A stretch of DNA of 64,000 bases from Promethearchaeota archaeon (GCA_016840085.1 JAEOTA010000004.1:15809-79808), one strand, 5' to 3'. Shown: positions 9,501 to 20,171, numbered from the stretch's first letter. The notes: a model not told the origin generated them from the sequence alone. Translations and numbers: made by a program.

Positions 9501-12500
9501 ATGATTGATAAGAAGATTCCAAAAATAACACTTGTTTCTGCTACTGTATTTGCTAGATGGCTAACAGAGGCAATCTCAGAAATTTACAAAGAAATGGGAA
9601 AAGTATTTGAATTTAAAATATACTTCTTGAATGATATTGAATCTGAGAAAACGAATAAAGAGGATTTTATTAAAGAGATTTATGATTCTGATATATTACT
9701 TATTGATTTAAGAGGAAATTGTTTAACTGCAGAGATAATAGTCGAAACGTATAATAAAATGGAAAATGAAGATCCTGAACTATTTAATTCGAAAATTATT
9801 ATATCTTTAGTAGGAGGAAACAGTGAAATCCGAAGATTAACTAAAATGGGATCATTTTTAGCACGAAAGATACCTTCACCCGAACAAAAGGGATACGGAA
9901 CCGATGAAATCCCTGATTTGACCAATGCTGTAAGATTTGGTAAAAGAATGAGTTCCTTTATTAAAAATCTTGGTCGATTTTTTCCTATTAAAGTATTAAG
10001 ACACGCAAGATATTGGGTTCTGATGATGGATTACTGGGTATATGGCTTGGCAGGTTTAGCAGAAAACCATAAAAATATGATCTTATTTTTGCTTAAACAT
10101 TACTTAGGATATAAGAATATAGAAGTCCAGAATCCGATTAAAATTCCATCATTTGGGATTTATGATATTAATTTAAATCGATACTTTGATGATTTAGAAG
10201 ATTATTTAAGAGTTAAACCCCTTAATGTACAAAAACAAACAATAGGTTTATTTTTTTATGGAGGATTATATTTTGAACAATCATTGCCTATTGTAGAAGA
10301 ATTTATTCAGAACCTAACAGACTTTAATATTATCCCTGTTTTTTCTGACGTCTTAACGAACTTAGAAGCTCATAAAAAGTTTTTCTTCAAAGATGGTAAG
10401 AGTATAGTTAGTGGTGTTATAAATCTTCAATATTTCCAATTGAATGGGGGACCTTTTGGGGGGGATGGATCTATTACTTTAGATCTGTTCAAAGAAATGA
10501 ATGTCCCTCACTTCAACCCCATTATTCAATTTGATATGCCTTTTGAAGAATACATTAAATCCAAAGAAGGAATTATTCCTATTAATCAAATAATTGCTGT
10601 TGTGATGCCTGAACTAGATGGAAGGTTTGAAATGAATACTGTTGGATGTATCAAAAATTTAGGATATTCTGAACAAATTCATTCTGATGTACTTGAAGTT
10701 ACACCTATAAGTGAAAATATCTTTTTAGTCTGTAATCGAATTAGAAAATGGTTAAATTTAAGACAAAAATTAAATTCAGAGAAAAAAATTGCTTTAATCA
10801 TTTATAATTATCCTCCTGGTGAAGATAAAATTGGAAACGCAGCATATTTAGATGTATGTGAATCTGTTCGCAATCTAATTAATAAACTCGTTAACGAGGG
10901 TTACAATGTAAAAAATATCCCTGAAGATAAAAACCTTGCTGATATTTTTATTGAAGGAGGATCAATTAATAAAGCAAAACATGTAGCGATTTCAAATTTT
11001 AAAGGAGTAATTTTAAATAAAGAGGATTATTTAAAGTTGATTTCCGATTTACCAGAAGAATTAAAACAAGAAATTTATGAATACTGGGACACTCCGGTTG
11101 GTAAAATAATGACCCAGAATTCAAGCATACAACTACCAATCATTAAATTAAATAATCTATATTTATGCTTACAACCCTCTCGAAGTACAGTTTCGGGGGA
11201 TTCTACTGAATACCATAATAAAAATTTGCCACCACATCATCAATATATAGCATTTTATAGATATCTTGAAAGAATACTTAATGTAGATGCTATTATTAAT
11301 ATTGGAACCCATGGAACTGAAGAATTTTTGCCAGGTAAGGAGTGCGCAGGAGGTATTAGCGATTTTCCAATTAATTTATTGGGAGATATTCCAAATCTCT
11401 ATTACTACCATATTACTAATACAAGTGAATCTGCAATAGCAAAAAGGAGAGCTAATGCATTGATCATCAATCATGCTGGCCCATCTTTTAAAAATTGTGA
11501 TTTATATGAAGAAATAGAATATTTAGAAATATTACTAAAAGAATATTTATCTGAATTCAATTTTAATATTCAAAATCCTTCAAATGGTATGAAATCTGAA
11601 AGAATTGAAGACTTAGAAAAAGAAATAAAAGATTTAGCAAAAAAGTTAGAATTAAAATATAATAACTTCTCTGAATTAGAGGATGTATTGTATCGTTATA
11701 AAACATCCATAATACCTATGGGTCTTCATATATTGGGTAAAAAATATGACCTACAAGAGAAAAAAGATATTATTAAAATGATAATATTACATTCTGTAGA
11801 AAAACCAGATGAAATCGACATATTTCTTTCAAAATTATTCGAAAATGAAAAAGAGAAGGCAGAAAAACTTGATATTTTTATAGATCAAATACTAAATCAA
11901 ATTAACTCTGCTCTGAATACAAATAATATTGATATTACAAAAATCTCTAAATCAATTGAATTATTCAACCATATTAGTGATCAAGAAATTAACTATTTTG
12001 TTAAATGGATAATTGATTTGGTAAATAGGATGGATAATTCAATGGAAATGGATAATTTAATTCATGCATTAGAAGGAGGGTATATTCAGCCAGGGTTGGG
12101 TGGAGATCCTATCAGATCTCCTCATATTTTTCCAACAGGTAGAAATTCTTATGGTTTTGATCCCAGATTAATCCCTAATAGTACCGCTTATAAAAGAGGA
12201 TCAGAAATCGCAGAAAATTTATTAAAAAGATATTATAAAGAAAATGGTACATATCCTGAAACGGTTAGTGTAGTTTTATGGGCTTTTGAAACAATGAAGA
12301 CTGGTGGAGAAACAATAGGACAAATTTTTAATTATCTAGGAGTAAGGGCTGTAAAAAATAAATCTATTTGGACAACTGAATTTGAAATCATCCCTTTAGA
12401 AGAGATGACTCATCCTAGAATTAATGTTCTTACTACAATCTGCGGAATATTTAGAGACACTTTCCCTTATTTATTAGATTTAATTAATCGTGCAATTGAA

Positions 12501-13310
12501 GCAGTAGCAGAATTAGATGAGCCTTTTAACAAAAATTTTATCAGAAAAACCTATATAGAACTCAAAAATCAAAGAGTTGAAGCGCCCATTGCAAGAGTTT
12601 TTGGTCCGCCTCCTGGTAAATACAATACAAATCTTACTGATATTATCTCTGCTGGAAAATGGAATGAAGAAAAAGAATTAGTTGATGATTATATTAATAA
12701 TATGTGTTTTGCATATATGAAAAATCAAAAAGTTAAAAAAAGCCCGAAAACTTTCACTCAAACAGTGGGTAAGGTTAATTTAATGAGTCAGATTAGAGAT
12801 TCAAGTGAATACCATATTACAGATTTAGATCATTACTATGAATTTACGGGAGGTTTAGCTAGAACACATGAACAACTTAGCGGTAAAAAAGCAAATGTAT
12901 ATATTGCTGATACTTCAAGAAAGAATATTCAAGTAGATCGTCTGGAAGACAGTATAAAAGAGGGAACAATTACACGCAACTTGAACCCTCAATGGATAAA
13001 ATCCATGTTGAAACATAAATATCATGGAGGCCAAAAAGTTGCTGAACGTTTTGAGAATGTTTTAGGACTTGCAGCAACAACTCATGATGTAGATAATTGG
13101 ATTTGGGATAAAAGCTATCAACAATATGTAGAAAACGATGAAATTCGAGAAGCACTTATCGAAAATAACAGATTCGCAATGATGGATATCATTAAAAATA
13201 TGCTGCAAGCAGATGATAGAGATTATTGGGACGCAACTGAAGAACAGACTGACAATTTAAAGAGATTATATTTAGATTTAGAAAACTGGGTTGAGTCTAT
13301 TTATCAATAA
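9501..13310 (+). CDS. cobN: CobN/ChlH-family chelatase large subunit
   Basis: 1269 aa with PPHHQYIAFYRYL and GTHGTEEFLPGK motifs typical of CobN/Mg-chelatase H. Lies directly downstream of the ChlID gene. Confidence 0.85.
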   Translation: MIDKKIPKITLVSATVFARWLTEAISEIYKEMGKVFEFKIYFLNDIESEKTNKEDFIKEIYDSDILLIDLRGNCLTAEIIVETYNKMENEDPELFNSKIIISLVGGNSEIRRLTKMGSFLARKIPSPEQKGYGTDEIPDLTNAVRFGKRMSSFIKNLGRFFPIKVLRHARYWVLMMDYWVYGLAGLAENHKNMILFLLKHYLGYKNIEVQNPIKIPSFGIYDINLNRYFDDLEDYLRVKPLNVQKQTIGLFFYGGLYFEQSLPIVEEFIQNLTDFNIIPVFSDVLTNLEAHKKFFFKDGKSIVSGVINLQYFQLNGGPFGGDGSITLDLFKEMNVPHFNPIIQFDMPFEEYIKSKEGIIPINQIIAVVMPELDGRFEMNTVGCIKNLGYSEQIHSDVLEVTPISENIFLVCNRIRKWLNLRQKLNSEKKIALIIYNYPPGEDKIGNAAYLDVCESVRNLINKLVNEGYNVKNIPEDKNLADIFIEGGSINKAKHVAISNFKGVILNKEDYLKLISDLPEELKQEIYEYWDTPVGKIMTQNSSIQLPIIKLNNLYLCLQPSRSTVSGDSTEYHNKNLPPHHQYIAFYRYLERILNVDAIINIGTHGTEEFLPGKECAGGISDFPINLLGDIPNLYYYHITNTSESAIAKRRANALIINHAGPSFKNCDLYEEIEYLEILLKEYLSEFNFNIQNPSNGMKSERIEDLEKEIKDLAKKLELKYNNFSELEDVLYRYKTSIIPMGLHILGKKYDLQEKKDIIKMIILHSVEKPDEIDIFLSKLFENEKEKAEKLDIFIDQILNQINSALNTNNIDITKISKSIELFNHISDQEINYFVKWIIDLVNRMDNSMEMDNLIHALEGGYIQPGLGGDPIRSPHIFPTGRNSYGFDPRLIPNSTAYKRGSEIAENLLKRYYKENGTYPETVSVVLWAFETMKTGGETIGQIFNYLGVRAVKNKSIWTTEFEIIPLEEMTHPRINVLTTICGIFRDTFPYLLDLINRAIEAVAELDEPFNKNFIRKTYIELKNQRVEAPIARVFGPPPGKYNTNLTDIISAGKWNEEKELVDDYINNMCFAYMKNQKVKKSPKTFTQTVGKVNLMSQIRDSSEYHITDLDHYYEFTGGLARTHEQLSGKKANVYIADTSRKNIQVDRLEDSIKEGTITRNLNPQWIKSMLKHKYHGGQKVAERFENVLGLAATTHDVDNWIWDKSYQQYVENDEIREALIENNRFAMMDIIKNMLQADDRDYWDATEEQTDNLKRLYLDLENWVESIYQ

Positions 13311-13399
13311 AAAAATGAATTTTTAAATTAATAAATTGATCCTAATCTTAATAAATTACCAGATTCTAAAAATCTTCTATTTTCCTTAGCAACAAAGAT

Positions 13400-13415
13400 T
13401 TGAATCCGGATTCAA
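13400..13415. terminator. perfect 16-nt palindrome TTGAATCCGGATTCAA in the cobN-downstream spacer (hairpin or dimeric binding site)
   Basis: Self-complementary as read. Lies 90 nt after the cobN stop and 74 nt before the next start. Confidence 0.3.
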
Positions 13416-13488
13416 GTTAATCTTTTTCTAATAAAATAACTTTAAATAAAACTAAAATATAAATTATTAAACTTCAAGCCTTTTTTAT

Positions 13489-13983
13489 ATGCATTTAGTT
13501 CTTACTTTTTTCCATCAAATTAAGGGACCAAGCGTATATCTATCTTATCCCGAAGTTGAGCTAGAAGAAGATATCATCAGCTCTCTAATTAAATTTTTTG
13601 ACCTTGAAATCAACGAAACCTTTTTCGAAATTGTTCTAATCACAAAAAGAAAGAAAATAATAAATCTTCACTTTCAAATTCCTTCTCAGTGGGCACGTGG
13701 AAAGAAAGAATTTGTAATGCTCTCTCTTTTAATGAAAAAAGAATATGAAAGTGAACAGTTTTATGCGTTTTTGGTTGATGCTTCATACAGAATTTTAAAT
13801 ACTGATAATGTTTATAAAGCCTTCTATAAATTTGATGATTTTCGAGATGATAACGATATTGAGATAGACCTTACTTTTGAGCAAATAAAGAAAATACTTA
13901 TTAATTGTTTAACCCGCTTGATAACCAGAATAGAGGATAAGATTAAAGGAGTAAACAAAAAAGAACCTTTTCCTTTTTCCTAG
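13489..13983 (+). CDS. small longin/uDENN-like protein (tentative)
   Basis: The N-terminus LTFFHQIKGPSVYLSYP resembles the FHxxKGPxxxxxYP start of uDENN/longin modules. 164 aa. Confidence 0.35.
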   Translation: MHLVLTFFHQIKGPSVYLSYPEVELEEDIISSLIKFFDLEINETFFEIVLITKRKKIINLHFQIPSQWARGKKEFVMLSLLMKKEYESEQFYAFLVDASYRILNTDNVYKAFYKFDDFRDDNDIEIDLTFEQIKKILINCLTRLITRIEDKIKGVNKKEPFPFS

Positions 13984-14025
13984 AAATAAAAATCTTTATA
14001 ATTAAATTAAACTATTAATATCTTG

Positions 14026-14232
14026 GGACATCAATGACGGAATAATTGCATATTCGAGGGCACATTGAAGCGTTCTGCTAATGATTATGTGTGCAAAGAA
14101 CTGCAGACATCCAGAGTAAAAATAATCAATAATATTTAACTGCAAATACATGGGCTCTTAACTTAGCAAAGGTAAGTACCAATGCGATGAAGATTAGGGC
14201 AGTATCCAACATGCAGATATGATTATGTCCCA
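14026..14232. ncRNA. candidate structured RNA of unknown class
   Basis: A 370-nt ORF-free convergent spacer, noticeably less AT-rich than other spacers. Its ends can pair (GGGACAT at 14026 with ATGTCCC at 14226). Stops occur in all frames. Confidence 0.25.
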
Positions 14233-14356
14233 TTCGCGCATAGAGATTATTGCCTTGCATAGAGAACATTTTTGATTTAAAGGTAATACCTTAAAATGAG
14301 AAAATAGAGTTAGTGTTTTTAGGCTAAATCTATGCGTCTAAAAAATAAAAAGAGAA

Positions 14357-14827
14357 TTATAACAATCCAATTGTATCCGATCTAAATAATTCTTTAACTT
14401 CTTTACTTATTTCTCCTTGATCTACCTGCAAATATCGATTTAAAATAGTAGATATTGCGGGAGCATATTTTTTCATAATAGCTCTAATGAATCCAATTTG
14501 AACATTCCGATCAGTACTGATACATAGTACACCTTTTCCTACTTTTATTGCAAAAATCATACCTTCATAATATTCAGTAATTTGTAAATCAATATTACCA
14601 TACCCTAAAATATGGCCTTGCTCTTCACCTGCAATAAAAACAGCTCCCCCTATAGCACCAATTTTCTTAATTGAAATATTCTGATGATCAGAAAATTTAA
14701 ACTTAGATTGACTTAATATAGTAACACCAGTATCATCTATTATAATAACGTTATTTAATCCTGGCGCGCTATTAATGATTGAAGTAAGTATTTTTTTTAA
14801 TTTAAATTCGTCATCAGAATAACTCAA
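14357..14827 (-). CDS. Roadblock/LC7 (MglB-like) domain protein
   Basis: 156 aa with NVIIIDDTGVTILSQS ... GGAVFIAGEEQG ... MIFAIKVGKGVLCIS, the pattern of Roadblock/LC7 proteins. Confidence 0.6.
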   Translation of the reverse strand: MSYSDDEFKLKKILTSIINSAPGLNNVIIIDDTGVTILSQSKFKFSDHQNISIKKIGAIGGAVFIAGEEQGHILGYGNIDLQITEYYEGMIFAIKVGKGVLCISTDRNVQIGFIRAIMKKYAPAISTILNRYLQVDQGEISKEVKELFRSDTIGLL

Positions 14828-15016
14828 ATATTTGTCAACCTATTAAAATAAATAACTAAATTAAATGGTTTTTTTTAAGTTATAAAAATATTTATTAAAA
14901 CCTAACTATATATAATTTCCTTAGACCTACTTTAGTTAATAAAGAAATTATTTTTATAAAAATTTAAGTAGGTTGTTTATTTTTCTACGGTCCGCAAGAA
15001 AAAATTATATGTAGCC

Positions 15017-15403
15017 CTAAAAAAGTTCCTGTGATTTAAGTAAACCTTTTAACGGTTTCATTCGGCTTTTATAATCTTTAGTTTTTTCTAATAAGATTAA
15101 TAATTTGTAATTTTTTGTCTTATCTAAATTTTTTTTGATCTGAACCAGTTTATTATCCTCTATAAAGTCCCGATTTTTGGTAATCGCAGATAATGCTAAA
15201 GTGTTTTCAAGGATCCATAATTTTTTAGAAATTTTTGATGCAACTGGAAATCCATGACGATCAGTAATAACTCCTGCCACAAAATTTGGAAAGTTCTTTT
15301 CTATCCTGTATAAGAAATATTTAACTTCACTTTCATTTATAATGGTATTGTTTATTGGTTTATCCAATTCTATGACACCTAAATTGTCAATTTGATCTAT
15401 CAA
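15017..15403 (-). CDS. Roadblock/LC7 domain protein
   Basis: 128 aa with VAGVITDRHGFPVASK...LALSAIT. TTG start. Confidence 0.55.
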   Translation of the reverse strand: MIDQIDNLGVIELDKPINNTIINESEVKYFLYRIEKNFPNFVAGVITDRHGFPVASKISKKLWILENTLALSAITKNRDFIEDNKLVQIKKNLDKTKNYKLLILLEKTKDYKSRMKPLKGLLKSQELF

Positions 15404-15567
15404 TTAGATCAAATTAATAGAACATTAAATGTTATAATATGAAGATAATATGATTAGAAGCAAAAAATAAATAAAATTATTTTTTTAACTGAAAAGTGAT
15501 TGATTAAATAATATTATTTATCTATTAATAAGTTCAAAAAGAAAAATCAGATTTTTAAAATCCTTGT

Positions 15568-16545
15568 TTATTTATTGTTCTTTTTCAACGAAATTCCAAT
15601 TTTCAAATTTTCCACTAACTCACTAAAGCGATTTCGAACAGTTACTTCTGTTACACAACTTACACGAGCAATACTCCTCTGTGTTCGTCGTTCATTAGAT
15701 AAAATACATGATGCATAAATTGCAGCTGCGCATACCCCTGTAGGACCTCGTCCTGAAGTTAAGCCTCGATCTTCTGCCATTCTTATAATTGTTTTTGCTA
15801 TTTTATGGCATTTTGTAGTCAAATCCAATTCAGAAATAAATCTCGTAAGAAAATCAAGTGGTTTTGTGGGATTTAAATTTAAATCAAGTTCTTTCGAAAT
15901 AAATCGAAAAGATCGACTAATCTCCTTCTTATCAACACGAGCTACATCAGCAATCTCATTTAACGTCCTTGGTACTTTATACATTCTACAAGCCGCATAT
16001 AAGCTTGCAGCAGCAACACCTTCAATACTTCTACCGCGAATTAGATGTGCTTCTACAGCATCTCGATAGATTTTAGCAGCACATTCTCTTAAGTTTTTCT
16101 GAAGATCTAAGTTGGAAGCCATTCTGTCGAGCTCACTAAGAGCAAATGTAAGATTTCTTTCTGTTGCATCTGATACTCTGATTCGACTCTGCCATTTTCG
16201 AAGACGATAGATCTGTCCCCTTAATTTAGCAGGTATTTCTTTGCCAAATATATCTCGATTTTTCCAATCAATCATGGTACTAAGTCCTTTATCATGTATC
16301 ATATAAGTCATAGGAGCACCAGTTCTAGTTCTCTTTTTTTTCTGATCCGCATCAAATGCTCTCCATTCTGGTCCCCGATCAATATGTTTTTCAGAATGAA
16401 CTAAGCCACATTCTTCACATACAAGTAATCCTCTATTTTCATCAAAGAAAATAGCTTTACCACATTCAGAGCAAATACCACTTTCTATACACAAGTTCTC
16501 ATTTGATGCAGAATTTATTTCTCTCCAACTTGAAATAGAACACAC
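15568..16545 (-). CDS. tfb: transcription initiation factor IIB (TFB)
   Basis: N-terminal Zn ribbon CSECGK..CEECG, B-linker, and two cyclin-fold repeats ([10 protein letters not shown] / AAAIYASC). Confidence 0.95.
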   Translation of the reverse strand: MCSISSWREINSASNENLCIESGICSECGKAIFFDENRGLLVCEECGLVHSEKHIDRGPEWRAFDADQKKKRTRTGAPMTYMIHDKGLSTMIDWKNRDIFGKEIPAKLRGQIYRLRKWQSRIRVSDATERNLTFALSELDRMASNLDLQKNLRECAAKIYRDAVEAHLIRGRSIEGVAAASLYAACRMYKVPRTLNEIADVARVDKKEISRSFRFISKELDLNLNPTKPLDFLTRFISELDLTTKCHKIAKTIIRMAEDRGLTSGRGPTGVCAAAIYASCILSNERRTQRSIARVSCVTEVTVRNRFSELVENLKIGISLKKNNK

Positions 16546-16589
16546 CTTTTTTAACTATATTCTTTTATTTTAAAAGAATTTTTGGAAAA

Positions 16590-16913
16590 TTATGCTATTT
16601 TAGTATATAATTTGGTATTTGGTTCAAATGGTTGATTAGGTAAAGTCTTTATCGAAATAAAAGGGAGATTAAAGGGACCAAAGATATCTTTTACATTGCC
16701 AATTTTTTCATATTTTTCATTATACACTGGTTGTTTGAAAATTTTTTCGAGACTCTTATTCCACTGTTTAGCTCTAAAGATTTGATGTTTTTTAGATTTT
16801 CCGATGTAGAAAAGATTTAATTTAACCCAGTTTTTTTTCAAAAGAGTCCCTTGCTTTAGCAATGAGATTAACATAAAAGATGGTGAGTAATATTTAAATA
16901 TAATGGTTTTCAT
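16590..16913 (-). CDS. gar1: H/ACA RNP component Gar1
   Basis: Has IGNVKDIFGPFNLPFISIK, the Gar1 signature (GxVxDxFGPxxxPYxxxK). The true start is probably internal (ATG near 16874 or TTG just downstream). Confidence 0.7.
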   Translation of the reverse strand: MKTIIFKYYSPSFMLISLLKQGTLLKKNWVKLNLFYIGKSKKHQIFRAKQWNKSLEKIFKQPVYNEKYEKIGNVKDIFGPFNLPFISIKTLPNQPFEPNTKLYTKIA

Positions 16914-16993
16914 TATTTTTTCTTACAAAAATGGAAATTAATAACTTAATAATCTAATTACAATTTAATCGAATTTTTTATTTAGAAAAAATT

Positions 16994-18094
16994 TCAGCAA
17001 TAATTTTTCTGTAGTTGATATTTTCTCTTGCAATCACATTCAAATCTATTTTGTTCCAACTCACTTAAATTTTGAGAAAGAACAAAATTCTTAAGTAATA
17101 GCTTTGCAGAATTCTCACATTCTCTTTTTAAGCAATTATGTATCCCTCTTCTCGTTCCAGCACCACTAGGATCAGACAAAATTCGAACTTTATCTAAATC
17201 TTTTTGTGTTAGTGATTTTTTTAAACATTTAAATAGGGAATAATACCACGGAGGTCTATATCTATTTTGATACCAGAGATATTCCACAAGAGTGCCTTTT
17301 TGTATGTTCAATGGATTAATCGATATTGTATTTATTTCTAGTTCAATTAGTTTTCTAATTGAATTTACACAATCATCTATAGCAGCTTGTTCATTAAGAA
17401 ATGGTGGTTTAAATAATAAATAAGCTTTTACACCTATATTATACTCTTTACATTCTTTATATACTTCTTTAAAATCTTCGAATAGAAATCCCTTATTAAT
17501 ATAATTGTTTCTAATATAATCATTCACAGTTTCAAGTCCAATAGCGATCTCAACATATTTTTCTTTTAGAAATTCTTTTATCTCAGAAAGGCTCTCTGTA
17601 GTTATATATTCTAATCTGCTTTCTATGACGAATTCTTTAATATTTTCGATTTTTGCAATTCTTTCATAAATAGTTCGCCTAACATCTTCAGTGATTTCTT
17701 TTTCATCAAAAAAACTTCCCGAATTAAATATTTTTAATATATAATTATCATGATCCTTTTCTATCTCGCTAATTTTAGTGTTAATAGCATAATTAAATTG
17801 ATTTATAACTTGAGATTGATCAACATCATCAATATTTGCATCATTTACATATCCACACATCGTACATCCACCAGTTTCACCTAATGACCAACTACATCCT
17901 TTTGTTCTCAGGATAATTGTGAATTGCTTTCCTATTTCATTAATAAGTCGATCTTTTTTTATCCAAAAAGCAATAGGTTGATTTAATTGTTCTTTTCCAT
18001 ATTTTTTCTTGTTTTTTAGAGTTTTTTCTCTAAAAAATTTAACTTTTTCTGCAATATATTCATTATATTCTTTTAAATTACTATTTTTTATCAT
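16994..18094 (-). CDS. radical SAM enzyme for archaeosine formation (RaSEA, TIGR01210-like)
   Basis: LRTKGCSWSLGETGGCTMCGY cluster motif. Overlaps the arcS stop by 14 nt. Confidence 0.7.
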   Translation of the reverse strand: MIKNSNLKEYNEYIAEKVKFFREKTLKNKKKYGKEQLNQPIAFWIKKDRLINEIGKQFTIILRTKGCSWSLGETGGCTMCGYVNDANIDDVDQSQVINQFNYAINTKISEIEKDHDNYILKIFNSGSFFDEKEITEDVRRTIYERIAKIENIKEFVIESRLEYITTESLSEIKEFLKEKYVEIAIGLETVNDYIRNNYINKGFLFEDFKEVYKECKEYNIGVKAYLLFKPPFLNEQAAIDDCVNSIRKLIELEINTISINPLNIQKGTLVEYLWYQNRYRPPWYYSLFKCLKKSLTQKDLDKVRILSDPSGAGTRRGIHNCLKRECENSAKLLLKNFVLSQNLSELEQNRFECDCKRKYQLQKNYC

Positions 18095-20171
18095 TGATTT
18101 TAACTATTCTCCCAGTTTTTGAATTCCTTATAAAATTCGAACCAACTATTAAATTTCCGGTTCCTATTACATCGTTTTTTTCCTTATTTATAATGAACGT
18201 AAAATTGTTTGGGATTAAATCTTGACTGAAATCTATGATCCCCTTTCGAAATAATGTATTACCTTTAATGTGATCTGCATCAAAGACAATCGTATTTGAA
18301 TCTATAGAATAGGGTACTTGAATTAATCGATTAATTCCCTTAAGTGTTAAATCTATTTGGCCTGTAGAGGATTTAAAAACTCCCAATCTTTCCTTGCTTT
18401 TTAAATCTATTAAATTAATATTACCATTAGACTTAAGTTTGATTTGTATTAATTCTTGTGAAATTACTCTCATTCCTGAACCGACACCAAACTGATAATC
18501 TAATATTTTAATAAATTTTCGAATCCACGATTTTGTTAAAAAATCTCCTTTCTTTAACTGTTGTTTAGGGTTATACTTATCCTTGTATTCACTAATTAAA
18601 TATTCTAATGATTGAAGGGATTCTTTTGATGTTAATTTATCTGAAATTTTTGTAAAAAAGAATTTATGAGGTAATTTAGATTTAGCTCTCTCAACAATCT
18701 CATGATATTCATTTTTAAGATGACAAACAATCGGAATATCCTTATCATATTTTTCTAGCATTTTTACGAGCATTTTAGCAGCGATATTCAATTCTTCATT
18801 ATTCCAATCTCCTGTAACTGAAATATCATACGAATTAACAGGATAAATATTTTCAAATTGTCTTGGAATAACTCCTAAAGGTGAAGTCAGAATAAATTCT
18901 TGGAAATTTGGAAATTCTGAAAATTTTCTTATTCTTTCATAAAATAATTTATGAGATTTAGATTCAGAATAAGGCTTTTTAGCTGAGCATGGAAGTAATA
19001 TGATTAAAGTGGTCCATGGTTCAGGTTCAAAATTTATTATTGCTCTTTCTCTAAATTCTTTAAAATCTGGTCGATTATATGAAGATGGTCCAAGGCATCT
19101 AATTTTTCTATTTTTTATAGTTATAGGTGTTTCATATCTCATTAGATTAAAATATTCTTTATCTAACATTTTCAAAATTGAGATTAAATTAGTATCATCA
19201 CACGTAGATTTTTCGACAAAGGCTCTATAATCTTCATAATTTAAATATTGGTTAATTTTATTCATGTAATTAGTTGCCGATATTATATTATGGAGACATA
19301 ATAAATCTATTTTCTCAGAAGAATATTTAATATCAAAAAGATTCATTAATTTTCCTTTACAAGCAACACAAGTACAAGGTAAATACCTCACTTTATATAT
19401 TGGAAGAAGATACTCTATCGTGTCATAGAAATTTTCAGCTGACAAATATAATAAATAAGAACTGTCAATTAGATCCACGCCTAAATATATTAAAATAGGA
19501 TAAAATTTAGGGATTATCCTACCTGAAGCCATTACAACGAGATTGTTGTCCAATTCAGTTTTAATCTCAGAAATAACCCTTGAAATACCTCTAAAATTAC
19601 TAAAATTATCAAAAACATCAGATAAGTTTAACAATTTAATATTTTCATTCTGAATTATAATTGGGATATAGAGTTTAAACAATTCAGAATAATCAAAAAC
19701 TTTAATCGTTATGCCAAAATTAAGATTTGGATATTTTTTTAAGATATATTTGATCTTTTTAAGATATTCTTTTATTTCTTTTTCTGCAAAATCTTTGTTA
19801 ATAGATGTTGTAGGAATATTAAAAGGTAATATTGATATTATCTTGTCTTCAGAGAAGATTTCTAAATTTCTTATTAAAAGATCTTCAAAATTCTCCAAAG
19901 TTCCATTAGAAGAAAAAATAAATCCTGTATCCTTGAATTTTTCACGAAGAAATCCAATTTTTAAAAATATCTCTTTTGAAATAATGAAGAGCTTGTGATT
20001 TTCAAATTCTTGTATAAAACTAAATTGTTTCATTAATGAATTTTTTATAGGAATAATTATATTTGGAGTGTTTATATATAGCTTCCGATCTCTAGATAAT
20101 GATATCCGCCCTATTCTTGAATAACCTATCCTACTGGCTTTTAATTCAAAAAAATAATTCATACTTTTCAA
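18081..20171 (-). CDS. arcS: archaeosine synthase ArcS (TgtA2)
   Basis: Exact ArcS motif PC-x3-KPY-x2-S-x2-H (PCSAKKPYSESKSH), TGT-like Zn site CTCVAC, and a C-terminal PUA-like domain. The likely ATG start is at 20162. Confidence 0.85.
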   Translation of the reverse strand: MKSMNYFFELKASRIGYSRIGRISLSRDRKLYINTPNIIIPIKNSLMKQFSFIQEFENHKLFIISKEIFLKIGFLREKFKDTGFIFSSNGTLENFEDLLIRNLEIFSEDKIISILPFNIPTTSINKDFAEKEIKEYLKKIKYILKKYPNLNFGITIKVFDYSELFKLYIPIIIQNENIKLLNLSDVFDNFSNFRGISRVISEIKTELDNNLVVMASGRIIPKFYPILIYLGVDLIDSSYLLYLSAENFYDTIEYLLPIYKVRYLPCTCVACKGKLMNLFDIKYSSEKIDLLCLHNIISATNYMNKINQYLNYEDYRAFVEKSTCDDTNLISILKMLDKEYFNLMRYETPITIKNRKIRCLGPSSYNRPDFKEFRERAIINFEPEPWTTLIILLPCSAKKPYSESKSHKLFYERIRKFSEFPNFQEFILTSPLGVIPRQFENIYPVNSYDISVTGDWNNEELNIAAKMLVKMLEKYDKDIPIVCHLKNEYHEIVERAKSKLPHKFFFTKISDKLTSKESLQSLEYLISEYKDKYNPKQQLKKGDFLTKSWIRKFIKILDYQFGVGSGMRVISQELIQIKLKSNGNINLIDLKSKERLGVFKSSTGQIDLTLKGINRLIQVPYSIDSNTIVFDADHIKGNTLFRKGIIDFSQDLIPNNFTFIINKEKNDVIGTGNLIVGSNFIRNSKTGRIVKINDKK

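Noticed and set aside
14026-14232. Interpreting the 14-kb spacer as another multi-intron tRNA or as SRP RNA
   Set aside because: It has no U8/A14/G18G19 D-arm pattern, no T-loop (TTCRA) and no GNAR-capped helix-8-like element. Left as unclassified.
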